Source: a virus. Taken from it: 6,098 nucleotides of DNA. Positions 5,789 to 6,098 of this stretch are shown here, piece by piece; position 1 is the first letter of the stretch; every line of letters starts with the position of its first letter. Under the pieces are notes generated by a model. It saw only the letters and a list, made by a program, of their open reading frames with translations. It ran no database searches and was not told where the DNA came from. The stretch is taken from UHGV virus genome UHGV-0383223; one strand, given 5' to 3'. A program made the translations under genes and the position numbers.

Positions 5789-6098
5789 TGGAATATATGC
5801 ATTTCCTTGTCCGCTCCCAGTGCCAGGTTTCTAATGCTCTCGAATCGTCATTGTCTGGATTATCTACGTTATGGAGGTTTATTATGCTGGTGGATTTTGA
5901 TAAGACAGAACTGCTTTACCTGGACATATTAGCAACGGAGAAACTGGATATCGTAAAGCACCGCTATGAACGCGATAAACGGATTTTTGATACTTTGGAC
6001 ATTGATGTTCATGAACGTATGGTCTTATATGAATCCCAGATAAAAGCGTTTACTGATATACATAACAAAATAGTTTTGGCAGTAGGTTCCTTGTGTTT
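5785..6098 (+). CDS. Hypothetical protein, 3'-partial in the window (alternative start ATG 5884 with GGAGGT 6 nt upstream). It would terminate at TAG 14-16 if the window ends are joined.
   Basis: The reading frame is open from the ATGA overlap at 5785 to the window end. There is a strong SD before the in-frame ATG 5884. The product is a helical, charged protein (DFDKTELLYLDILATEKLDIVKHRYERDKRIF...). I recognise no motif in it. Confidence 0.4.
   Translation, partial: MMEYMHFLVRSQCQVSNALESSLSGLSTLWRFIMLVDFDKTELLYLDILATEKLDIVKHRYERDKRIFDTLDIDVHERMVLYESQIKAFTDIHNKIVLAVGSLC
6080..6090. repeat. Right arm (CAGTAGGTTCC) of the 11-bp inverted repeat paired with 1-11
   Basis: See the 1-11 feature. 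Together with ORF closure across the junction, this suggests the window is a linearised circular genome. Confidence 0.6.

Noticed and set aside
1-6098. Search for tRNA, rRNA, CRISPR arrays, IS or transposase genes, and integrase genes
   Set aside because: I saw no cloverleaf-compatible or rRNA-like segments, no regularly spaced direct repeats, and no DDE or tyrosine-recombinase-like ORFs by eye. The only candidate recombination feature is the terminal 11-bp palindrome, reported under findings.

Overview
Reading the sequence by eye, the window looks like an essentially complete small filamentous-phage (inovirus-like, Tubulavirales) genome or its replicative/prophage form. Almost all genes are on the + strand, each has a strong Shine-Dalgarno site, and many show ATGA-type stop/start coupling. 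The gene content is: a two-tyrosine HUH rolling-circle Rep (1836-2663); a gV-like ssDNA-binding protein (3590-3823); a gVIII-like major coat protein (3839-4126) followed by a textbook intrinsic terminator; a short Zot/pI-like P-loop assembly ATPase (4178-4846); a 43-aa TM peptide; a secreted acidic C-terminally anchored protein (4979-5788); a large signal-peptide plus C-terminal-anchor protein that looks like the pIII adsorption protein (63-1463); and a pVI-like hydrophobic protein (1460-1732). A strong imperfect hairpin followed by CTTGACA sits in the gVI-rep intergenic region and is a candidate origin or packaging site. Between rep and the gV module lies a divergent regulatory cassette on the minus strand: a ribbon-helix-helix (RHH) regulator plus a 40-aa hydrophobic peptide. 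It faces a near-consensus extended -10 promoter whose -35 and -10 elements are each bracketed by inverted repeats, a repressor/operator-style switch. An 11-bp perfect inverted repeat links position 1-11 with 6080-6090, and the last ORF closes 16 nt into the start of the window if the ends are joined. Both observations suggest the window is a linearised circle of 6098 nt. No secretin (pIV) is encoded. Gene order is non-canonical (gII..gV-gVIII-gI-x-y-z-gIII-gVI). GC content steps up by roughly 10 points in the gV-gVIII-gI module. I found no rRNA, tRNA, CRISPR or transposase. Every functional call is motif or architecture recognition by eye, with no database search.
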